DNA of 64,000 nucleotides from Planctomycetota bacterium. Its GTDB lineage: Bacteria > Planctomycetota > UBA1135 > UBA2386. Each line of letters begins with the position of its first letter. Position 1 is the stretch's first letter. The stretch spans positions 2,976,001 to 3,040,000 of the forward strand of contig JBKAGP010000001.1 of the NCBI GenBank assembly GCA_046290465.1. Direction: 5' to 3'. The notes below the pieces were generated by a model. The model was given only the letters and a program-made list of their open reading frames with translations, made no database searches and was not told the DNA's origin. Position numbers and translations under genes: made by a program. Below, piece by piece: positions 9,256 through 17,270 of the stretch.

Positions 9256-11595
9256 ATGAACGTAAGCAAGACCACCCGTCTGACCGCGCTGCTCGTCGCC
9301 ACAACCATCGCCGGGCTCGGAGTCGGCTACCTCCTATGGGGTGATGCAACACCGCCCACGCACCCCGAGCACTCGACGACTACGCACGAAGGCCATGCCG
9401 CTGCAGCCGAAGTGTGGACCTGCTCCATGCACCCACAGATCCGCATGCCATCGCAGGGCAAGTGCCCCATCTGCGGGATGGATCTCATCCGGGCCTCGAG
9501 CGGCGGCGACTCGGGTGGGCTACGACAACTGACGATACGTCCGGAACAGCGAGCCCTCATGCGCGTTCGAACCGTCCCCGTCGAGCGACGCTTCCCCGAT
9601 GCAAGGGTGCGCCTCGTCGGCAAGGTGACCTACGACGAGACACGACTCGGCTACATCACCGCTTGGGTTCCAGGGAGAATCGACGAGCTCTACGTAGACT
9701 TCACCGGGGTCACCGTGCGCAAGGGTGACCACATGGTGAAGCTCTACAGCCCTGAGCTCTATCGCGCGCAGGAGGAGCTGCTACAGGCGCTAGCATCGCT
9801 TGGAGACCTGCAGAAGAGCGAGTTCGAATCACTGAGAGCCTCGGCTCAGGGCACCATCGACTCGGCACGAGAGAAGCTGCGCCTCTGGGGCCTCTCGAAG
9901 GAGCAGATCTCGGCAATCGAGAAACGGGGATCTGCCGAGGAGCACGTCACGATCCACGCACCTTCATCCGGCCTCGTCATCCACCGTAGTGCCCAGGAGG
10001 GCATGTACGTGCAGACGGGAACGCGCATCTTCACGATCGCGGACCTCAGTCACGTCTGGGTGCAACTGGACGCATACGAGAGCGACCTGGAGTGGCTTCG
10101 ATATGGTCAGCAGGTCTCGTTCGAGACCGAGGCCTACGGCGGACGACGGTTCAACGGCCGAATCTCCTTCATCGACCCCGTCCTCGACCGTCGCACACGC
10201 ACCGTCAAGGTCCGCGTGAACGTGCCGAATCCCGACGGCCTGCTCAAGCCAGACATGTTCGTGCACGCAACCGTCGCGGCCCGGATCGCTGGCGCTGGCA
10301 AGGTCATGGATCCATCCCTCGTCGGAAAGTGGATCTCCCCCATGCATCCCGAGATCGTGAAGGACGGCCCCGGCAAGTGCGACGTGTGCGGCATGGATCT
10401 CGTCCCTGCCCACGAACTCGGCTACGTCCCCGCAACTGAAGTTCAGGACGAAGCCCCGCTCGTTGTGCCGGTCTCCGCCACCTTGGTGACCGGAACGCGC
10501 GCCATCGTCTACGTCGAGCTCCCCGACCGAGAGACTCCGACCTACGAGGGTCGGGAGGTCGTGCTCGGACCGAGAGCCGGCGACCAGTACGTCGTCCTTC
10601 ACGGCCTCCAGGAAAACGAGCTCGTGGTGGCCGAAGGCAACTTCAAGATCGACAGCGCTCTCCAGTTGCAGGCCAGACCGAGCATGATGAGCCCTGCGGG
10701 CGGCCAGCCCGCGGGCGGCCACAACCACGGCGGCGGAGCCGGAACGAAGCCAGCAACGATGCCCTCGGGTCAGAGCCACGCTTCCATGCTCTCGGCGGGC
10801 GCGCGGACTCGACTGCAGCTGATCGAGCGGGTCTACGCTGACATCACCGCGTCCGTAGATGCAGGCGACCTCCACGAAGCAAAACAACGGTTCGAGCAAC
10901 TCGGCAAGGCCGTTGCCGAAACCCGGATGCAGCTGTTCGAGGGGGATTCCCACAAGATGTGGATGGAGCTGTCGATGCGCCTGTCGAACGACGCATTCGA
11001 AGGCAGTGCTTCGCCTGACACGTCGACCGCGAAGTCAAACCTCGGGAAGCTCACCACGTCGGTCGAGATGATGCGGAAGCACTTCCAAACGACGGCAGAA
11101 TCCCCGTCAGGTACGCCCGTCGAGTTGCCGGAGGAGGTGCGCTCAGCGCTTCGACGGAACTGGGAGGCTTACTCTGATCTGCATTCGGCCCTCGCAGCTG
11201 ACGATCTCAGCAAGGCCAAGTCGGCAGCGTCGAAGCTGGCCGCCGCAACCGACGGCGTTTCGTCGACGTCTCTACCAGCACCGGCGCAAGTCGCGTGGCA
11301 ATCGTTGACGAACGCAGTGGTCACGAGCGCGCGCCAGATTTCCGAGGGCGACGACATCGAAGGTGCGCGAGCGGCGTTCGAGCAAGTGTCCAAGGGTATT
11401 GAAACGGCACTCCGCGCACTCGGTTCGCCTGCGAAGGTCCGTGTCATGCATTGCCCAATGGCATTCGACGGCCGCGGCGCGCGTTGGTTGCAGGGTTCGG
11501 ACGAGGTGCAGAACCCCTACTACGGCGCCAAGATGCTGGATTGCGGCTCCGCCATCGAAACCCTCGAGCCTCGCGAGGACCTCCGTGGCAAGTGA
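9256..11595 (+). CDS. cusB: CusB-type RND periplasmic adaptor with heavy-metal-binding domains and a C-terminal DUF3347-like region
   Basis: WTCSMHP..CPICGMDL and WISPMHP..CDVCGMDL; MFP core (YSPELY.AQEE, RTRTVKVR, LKPDMF); C-terminal CPMAF..W...NPYYG..ML.CG. Confidence 0.9.
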   Translation: MNVSKTTRLTALLVATTIAGLGVGYLLWGDATPPTHPEHSTTTHEGHAAAAEVWTCSMHPQIRMPSQGKCPICGMDLIRASSGGDSGGLRQLTIRPEQRALMRVRTVPVERRFPDARVRLVGKVTYDETRLGYITAWVPGRIDELYVDFTGVTVRKGDHMVKLYSPELYRAQEELLQALASLGDLQKSEFESLRASAQGTIDSAREKLRLWGLSKEQISAIEKRGSAEEHVTIHAPSSGLVIHRSAQEGMYVQTGTRIFTIADLSHVWVQLDAYESDLEWLRYGQQVSFETEAYGGRRFNGRISFIDPVLDRRTRTVKVRVNVPNPDGLLKPDMFVHATVAARIAGAGKVMDPSLVGKWISPMHPEIVKDGPGKCDVCGMDLVPAHELGYVPATEVQDEAPLVVPVSATLVTGTRAIVYVELPDRETPTYEGREVVLGPRAGDQYVVLHGLQENELVVAEGNFKIDSALQLQARPSMMSPAGGQPAGGHNHGGGAGTKPATMPSGQSHASMLSAGARTRLQLIERVYADITASVDAGDLHEAKQRFEQLGKAVAETRMQLFEGDSHKMWMELSMRLSNDAFEGSASPDTSTAKSNLGKLTTSVEMMRKHFQTTAESPSGTPVELPEEVRSALRRNWEAYSDLHSALAADDLSKAKSAASKLAAATDGVSSTSLPAPAQVAWQSLTNAVVTSARQISEGDDIEGARAAFEQVSKGIETALRALGSPAKVRVMHCPMAFDGRGARWLQGSDEVQNPYYGAKMLDCGSAIETLEPREDLRGK

Positions 11596-14500
11596 TCTCA
11601 CCAACGAACCGAAGTCGTTCCTGGACCGCCTGATCTGGTTCTGCCTACGGAAGAAGCTGATCGTCTTCCTCCTTGTGCTCGGCGTCATGGGATGGGGTGC
11701 GCTCGTCGCCCCGTTCGATTGGAAAGCAGGTGGCTTGCCACGCGATCCGGTTCCGGTCGACGCCATCCCCGACATCGGTGAGAACCAGCAGATCGTATTC
11801 ACCGAGTGGATGGGGCGATCGCCACAAGACGTCGAGGACCAGATCACCTACCCGCTCACCGTCGCGCTGCTCGGGCTGCCCGGTGTCAAGACGGTACGCA
11901 GTTACTCGTTCTTCGGCTTCTCGACCGTTTACATCATCTTCGATGAGGACATCGACTTCTACTGGAGCAGAAGCCGCGTCCTCGAGAAGCTCAACAGCCT
12001 GCCGAGAGGCACCTTGCCCGCGGACGTCCAGCCAGCGCTCGGACCGGACGCCACGGCACTGGGTCAGGTCTACTGGTACACACTCGAGGGGCGCGACCCC
12101 GACGGCAACCCCACTGGAGGATGGGGGCCACAGGAGTTGCGCAGTGTGCAGGACTGGTATGTCCGCTACACGCTGCTTGCTGCAGAAGGCGTAAGCGAGG
12201 TCGCCTCCATCGGTGGATTCGTCGAGGAATACCAGATCGACGTCGATCCGGACGCCATGCGGGCACACGGCGTCACGCTGGATCAGGTCTTCGCGGCAAC
12301 GAAGATGTCGAACCTCGACGTCGGCGCTCGCACGATCGAGGTCAGCCGAGCCGAGTATGTGATCCGCGGCCTTGGCTTCGTCAAGAACGTCGAGGACATC
12401 GAGGAGACCGTCGTACGTGTCAACGACAACGTGCCGATCCGCGTCCGCGATGTCGGCCATGTCACCAAGGGGCCCGCCCTGCGTCGAGGGGCGTTGGACA
12501 AGGGCGGCGCAGAAGCCGTTGGCGGTGTCGTTGTGGTCCGTTACGGCTTCAACCCGCTTCAGGCGATCAAGAACACCAAGGCGAAGATCGCGGAGATCGC
12601 CCCTGGACTGCCGACGAAGGCAATCGCTGACTTCACGGCAACGTCGAAAGACGCGCTACGCGGCTTCGCAGCCCTACAGGGGTTCGAGGCGTTCGATGGT
12701 GACGACCTCAACCAAGCGGCCTGGGTGCCGTTCTTGAGATCCAATGAGAAGTCGGCATGGCCTACCGGCGTGAACCTCAGCCAGGTGACCATCGTCCCGT
12801 TCTATGACCGAACGGACCTCATCTACGAGACTCTCGGCACGCTCAACTCAGCGCTCGTCGAGGAGATCCTCGTGACGATGATCGTGATGCTCATCATGGT
12901 GCTTCACCTGAGGAGCTCCTTGCTCATCAGCGCTTTGCTCCCAGTCGCCGTACTGATGTGCTTCATCGCCATGCGAACGTTCGGGGTCGCGGCGAACATC
13001 GTCGCGCTTTCGGGTATTGCAATCGCCATCGGCACGATGGTCGACATGGGCGTAATCATCTGTGAGAACGTCCTGCGCCACCTCAGGGAAGCGGATCCCG
13101 ACACACCTCCCATCGAGACGATCTTCCGTGCTACACGCGAGGTTGGCAGCGCCGTCATCACCTCCGTCGCGACGACCGTCGTCAGCTTCTTGCCCGTATT
13201 CACGATGACGGGCGCCGAAGGCAAGCTCTTCCAACCACTCGCCTTCACCAAGACGTTCGCCCTGGTTGCATCGATCATCGTCGCACTGACGGTGATCCCA
13301 CCGGCGGCCCACATCCTGTTCACGGGCTCGATTCGCTCGACGCGCACCAAGGCTCTCATGCATGCGGGGCTTGCCGCCGCAGGACTCGTCGTAGCTATCA
13401 CAACAAGCATCGTCGGAGGGAGTCTGCTCCTGGCATTTGCGGCATTCCAACTCCTCAAGAGCAGGATCCCGCGCTGGACCGGTAACTCGGGGCCGATCGT
13501 CGTCAGCCTGGCTGTTGCGCTATTCGTTCTGATCGAACTAACGCAATCGTGGCTACCGCTCGGTCCCAGTCGCGGGTTCCTCAAGAACCTGGCATTCGTC
13601 GGGGTTCTGATCGGCGGACTGCTAGGAACGTTCCTCGCCTTCCAACGCGTTTATCCGCGCGTCCTGCGATGGTGCCTGCGACACAAGCTCCTGTTCCTGT
13701 CGGCGCCAACCCTCATCGTCGCTCTCGGCGCCTGCTCCTGGTTCGGTTTCGATCGCGTCTTCGGCTTTGCGCCCGAGTTCATGCGACAGAGTGCACCCTG
13801 GCAACGGATGGCGAGCGTGTTCCCGGGGCTCGGCAAGGAGTTCATGCCACCACTGGACGAGGGCTCCTACCTGTTCATGCCGACGACACTCCCCCATGCG
13901 TCGATCGGTGAGTCCATGGAGGTCCTGCAGTATCAGGACACCTCCATCGCCAGGATACCGGAGGTCGAGTCAGTCGTCGGGAAGCTGGGTCGAGCTGAAA
14001 CTCCTCTTGACCCAGCCCCGATCTCGATGATCGAGACGGTCATCAACTATCGGCCCGAATACATCACCGATAAAGACGGAGACCGCATCAGCTTCCGCTT
14101 CGACGAGGAAACGGGCGAGTTTGCGAGAAACGAAGAAGGCGACCTGATCCCCGACACGAACGGACGCCCGTTCCGACAGTGGCGCGATCACATCAAATCT
14201 CCCGACGACATCTGGGACGAGATCGTCGCGGCATCCGAGATACCCGGCACGACATCTGCCCCGAAACTGCAGCCGATCGCGGCGCGCATCGTCATGTTGC
14301 AAAGCGGCATGCGAGCGCCGATGGGCATCAAGGTGAAAGGGCCCGATCTCGCTACGATCGAGGAGGTCGCCGTGCAGCTGGAGCGCTACCTGAAGCAGGT
14401 CCCAGGCGTATCCGCTCCGACGGTGACCGCCGACCGCCTGGTTGGCAAGCCCTACCTCGAGATCGAGCTCAACCGCAAGGCGCTCGGCAGGTATGGCCTC

Positions 14501-15505
14501 CATGTCGGCTCGGTGCAACAGGTCATCGAGGTAGCCATCGGCGGTAAGCGAATCACCACGACGGTCGAGGGTCGTGAGCGGTACCCGGTACGCGTCCGGT
14601 ATCTGCGGGAGTTGCGCGACACGCCCGAGAGCCTCGGAGAGATCCTTGTTCCCACTCCGACCGGCGCGCAGGTCCCGCTCTCTGAGCTCTCGGAGATTCG
14701 CTTCGTTCGCGGACCACAGGCCATCAAGAGTGAAGACACGTTCCTCATCGGCTACGTGGTTTTCGACAAGCAAGCGGACAGCGCAGAAGTCGACGTTGTT
14801 GAAGAATGCCAGGCGTTCCTACAGCAGAAGCTCGACTCCGGCGAGTTCGTACTGCCCGCCGGCGTGAGCTACAGCTTCTCCGGAAGCTACGAGAACCAAA
14901 TCCGATCCCAAAAGACGCTTGCGCTGGTCTTGCCCGTCGCGCTGTTCGTCATCTTCCTGATCCTCTACCTCCAGTTCGGTTCGGTCTCGACCTCGCTGCT
15001 GGTGTTTTCGGGCATCGTGGTCGCATGGGCAGGAGGCTTCCTCCTTATCTGGATGTACGGCATCGGAGGCTTCCTCGACATCGACCTGTTCGGCGAGAAT
15101 CTGCGCGCCCTCTTCCAGGTCGACACCATCAACCTGAGCGTCGCCATCTGGGTCGGATTCCTGGCCCTATTCGGCATCGCGTCAGACGACGGCGTCGTGA
15201 TGGCGACCTACCTCGAACAGAGTTTCCGCGGAGCACATCCGCGGTCTCGCGAAGACATACACAACTTGGTCGTGGAGGGAGCCAAGAAGCGTATCCGCCC
15301 CGCGCTCATGACGAGCGCGACGACGATCCTCGCACTCATCCCGGTCCTGACCTCGACGGGCCGCGGGTCCGACATCATGGTCCCGATGGCCATCCCTTCT
15401 TTCGGTGGGATGCTGATCGCCATGCTCACGGTATTCGTCGTACCCGTGCTCTACTGCACCATCAAGGAGCGGCGGCTCGGTAGCCAGCACACGACGACGG
15501 GCTGA
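11585..15505 (+). CDS. cusA: CusA/SilA-family heavy-metal RND permease (1306 aa)
   Basis: VDAIPDIGENQQIVFTEWMGRSPQDVEDQITYPL, GTMVD, EFMPPLDEG, RIRPALMT; GTG 11585 has an upstream GAGG and overlaps the cusB stop. Confidence 0.93.
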   Translation: MASDLTNEPKSFLDRLIWFCLRKKLIVFLLVLGVMGWGALVAPFDWKAGGLPRDPVPVDAIPDIGENQQIVFTEWMGRSPQDVEDQITYPLTVALLGLPGVKTVRSYSFFGFSTVYIIFDEDIDFYWSRSRVLEKLNSLPRGTLPADVQPALGPDATALGQVYWYTLEGRDPDGNPTGGWGPQELRSVQDWYVRYTLLAAEGVSEVASIGGFVEEYQIDVDPDAMRAHGVTLDQVFAATKMSNLDVGARTIEVSRAEYVIRGLGFVKNVEDIEETVVRVNDNVPIRVRDVGHVTKGPALRRGALDKGGAEAVGGVVVVRYGFNPLQAIKNTKAKIAEIAPGLPTKAIADFTATSKDALRGFAALQGFEAFDGDDLNQAAWVPFLRSNEKSAWPTGVNLSQVTIVPFYDRTDLIYETLGTLNSALVEEILVTMIVMLIMVLHLRSSLLISALLPVAVLMCFIAMRTFGVAANIVALSGIAIAIGTMVDMGVIICENVLRHLREADPDTPPIETIFRATREVGSAVITSVATTVVSFLPVFTMTGAEGKLFQPLAFTKTFALVASIIVALTVIPPAAHILFTGSIRSTRTKALMHAGLAAAGLVVAITTSIVGGSLLLAFAAFQLLKSRIPRWTGNSGPIVVSLAVALFVLIELTQSWLPLGPSRGFLKNLAFVGVLIGGLLGTFLAFQRVYPRVLRWCLRHKLLFLSAPTLIVALGACSWFGFDRVFGFAPEFMRQSAPWQRMASVFPGLGKEFMPPLDEGSYLFMPTTLPHASIGESMEVLQYQDTSIARIPEVESVVGKLGRAETPLDPAPISMIETVINYRPEYITDKDGDRISFRFDEETGEFARNEEGDLIPDTNGRPFRQWRDHIKSPDDIWDEIVAASEIPGTTSAPKLQPIAARIVMLQSGMRAPMGIKVKGPDLATIEEVAVQLERYLKQVPGVSAPTVTADRLVGKPYLEIELNRKALGRYGLHVGSVQQVIEVAIGGKRITTTVEGRERYPVRVRYLRELRDTPESLGEILVPTPTGAQVPLSELSEIRFVRGPQAIKSEDTFLIGYVVFDKQADSAEVDVVEECQAFLQQKLDSGEFVLPAGVSYSFSGSYENQIRSQKTLALVLPVALFVIFLILYLQFGSVSTSLLVFSGIVVAWAGGFLLIWMYGIGGFLDIDLFGENLRALFQVDTINLSVAIWVGFLALFGIASDDGVVMATYLEQSFRGAHPRSREDIHNLVVEGAKKRIRPALMTSATTILALIPVLTSTGRGSDIMVPMAIPSFGGMLIAMLTVFVVPVLYCTIKERRLGSQHTTTG

Positions 15506-15562
15506 TGAATCGAAACCGAGACGCTAACCGCGACGTGGGAAGCGTCACGGCTGCAGCTGAGC

Positions 15563-15587
15563 GCCAACGCCACGTCGTGGCGTTGGC
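15563..15587. terminator. Perfect hairpin between convergent genes (probable terminator)
   Basis: GCCAACGCCAC-GTC-GTGGCGTTGGC, an 11-bp perfect stem; no strong U-tract. Confidence 0.5.
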
Positions 15588-15640
15588 CTTGCATTGGCCC
15601 GCAGCCAGCGCCCGGGGCCCGATCGTCTAGCCGACCCAGC

Positions 15641-16264
15641 TCAGAGCTTCTTCTCGGCCTTGATGCCTGGTTTGGCAGCCTTCTTCGCCGCCGGTTTCTT
15701 CTCGACCAAGGCGAAGGAGCTCACCTTGAACTTCGTGTCTGCAAGTGCCTTGACGACAGCCTCGCGAGTGAGCGAGCCCTTCTTCATGGCTACGGTCACG
15801 GCCTTGGCCTTGAGGTCGACTTCGACGCTATTCACACCCGCGATCTTGGCGAGGGTCTCACGGACCCCCGAGGCGCAACCGCCTCAAGTCATTCCCGTCA
15901 CGCCCACGACGTAGACGCCCTTCGGAGTCATGCGCGTAGCCTTGACCGACGCGAAGGAGCTCACCTTGAACTTGGTGTCCACGAGCGCCTTGACGACAGC
16001 TTCGCGCGTCAGCCCCCCCTTCTTCATGGCTACGGTCGCGGTCTTGGCTTTGAGGTCGATCTCGACGCTCTTCACGCCTGCGATCTTGGCGAGGGTCTCA
16101 CGGACCCCCGAGGCGCAACCGCCTCAGGTCATCCCCGTCACGCCGACGACGTATGTGGCCGGGGTAGTCGACTTCGCCGCAGGAACGTTCTTGGTCTCCT
16201 GAGCGATTGCTTGGACGCCTCCAAAGACGACTCCGCATAGCAGTGCGAGCACGGTGGTTCTCAT
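15641..16264 (-). CDS. Secreted tandem heavy-metal-associated (HMA, CopZ/MerP-like) protein with two in-frame UGA codons; probable selenoprotein (207 aa; Sec47 and Sec127)
   Basis: One frame reads MRTTVLALLCGVVFGGVQAIAQ...YVVGVTGMT*GGCASGVRETLAKIAGVKSVEIDL...VYVVGVTGMT*GGCASGVRETLAKIAGVNSVEVDL...KKL; each TGA (16126-16124, 15886-15884) sits at the first Cys of the GMxCxxC motif; alternative start at 16276. Confidence 0.88.
15840..15886 (-). promoter_or_regulatory. Putative bacterial SECIS element 2
   Basis: Identical over 47 nt to element 1, while the rest of the 240-bp repeat has diverged. Confidence 0.72.
16080..16126 (-). promoter_or_regulatory. Putative bacterial SECIS element 1
   Basis: UGA followed by the hairpin CGGGGGUC-CGUGA-GACCCUCG; apical loop begins 21 nt after UGA and has G at position 2 followed by U. 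Confidence 0.72.
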
Positions 16265-16798
16265 ATGTCCTCTCATGGATCTCTCTCGACTGGGCTAGGC
16301 GGATGCACGGCCGAGATAACGCGAAAGCGCCTCACCCTGACAACCAGGTGCCGCTCAGGAAATCCACCTGAAGGAGTCCCAGGGGCCGCAATGTAGGCGA
16401 AACTCATCCGAGCGCAACGGCCGCAGGCGCGGAGCTAGCCTCACGCCGGCCACTTGATCGCCGCTGGTTCGGCATGACGAACGACTTCTCCCCCGAATGA
16501 TCCCGCTCGCCAAGTGTGGTCTGTGCCAGTTTAGGGCCATCCGCGATCTAGCGCTGGAACGAGACGCCCTTCGACTGCCTCCCCGCAAGCGCCACGTCTG
16601 CCTCTGGGCTCCAACATCCGGCCCGAAGAGGGCCGAAAGCGCATTCTCGTCGTCATGGGCGCGGCGCATGAGGTACGAGGGAGCTCCTCGCGATCGCTGA
16701 TGGTCAGCTCAGAAGCGCGTAAATCCCGATCCCAAGGGGCCTTGACCCGCCCTCGGACCACCTCCTGGTGACTTCCCACGAGAGTTTCATTCAGCAAC

Positions 16799-16839
16799 TT
16801 GCCCTGCGCGGTCGATTCATCATATACTGAAATGATGAA
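16799..16839 (+). promoter_or_regulatory. Sigma-70 promoter with an overlapping ArsR/SmtB-type operator
   Basis: TTGCCC-N18-TATACT; inverted repeat TTCATCAT-N8-ATGATGAA (16816-16839) covers the -10 box and the start codon. Confidence 0.7.
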
Positions 16840-17230
16840 CGATACGCCGAAGTCGAAGAGCCCCAAGGCCCGCGAGGGGGCCTGCGAGATCAACCAGGTC
16901 GATTGCTCGATGGTCTCGGAAGCTCAGGCGTCGCTTCCCGCAACCACAGAGCTCCAACGAGTCGCTGACGCCTTTCGAGTCCTCGCGAACCCGAACCGGT
17001 TGCGCGTACTGAAGGCCCTTCAGGGTCGGGAGCTGTGTGTCTGCGACCTCCGTGAAGTGCTCGGGATCTCCATGTCCGGCACCTCGCAGGTCCTCCGAGA
17101 GCTGCGCAACCTCGGAGCAGTTGAGTTCCGCGCCGAAGGCAAGCTCGCCTACTACCGGCTAGCCGACTCGTCATGGCTCGACATTGCCGAGAGCGTGCTT
17201 GAGAAGTTCGTGGGTGCCGAAGCGAGATAG
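16832..17230 (+). CDS. ArsR/SmtB-family metalloregulator (CadC-like, N-terminal Cys)
   Basis: ACEINQVDC; FRVLANPNRLRVL..L...ELCVCDL; GKLAYYRL. Confidence 0.93.
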   Translation: MMNDTPKSKSPKAREGACEINQVDCSMVSEAQASLPATTELQRVADAFRVLANPNRLRVLKALQGRELCVCDLREVLGISMSGTSQVLRELRNLGAVEFRAEGKLAYYRLADSSWLDIAESVLEKFVGAEAR

Positions 17231-17270
17231 CGCTCGCCCGTTTTTCGCGACGAGGGAGAGAACGATTGTG

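Larger units (their letters stand above)
15711..16153. repeat. Intragenic tandem duplication with an exact 240-bp period (two HMA domains)
   Basis: Lines 15721/15961, 15781/16021 and 15841/16081 align without gaps. Confidence 0.95.

Noticed and set aside
15594..16202. Two repeated plus-strand ORFs (106 and 90 aa)
   Set aside because: Antisense shadows of the duplicated HMA domains
15641..16264. HMA gene as a nonsense-mutated pseudogene or sequencing error
   Set aside because: The same TGA falls at the same Cys position in both diverged repeats, the frame is otherwise intact, and the downstream hairpin is selectively conserved
16300..16790. Short ORFs or an ncRNA in the gap between the HMA and ArsR genes
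   Set aside because: No recognisable protein motif or RNA family; only the 17-bp shared motif is supportable
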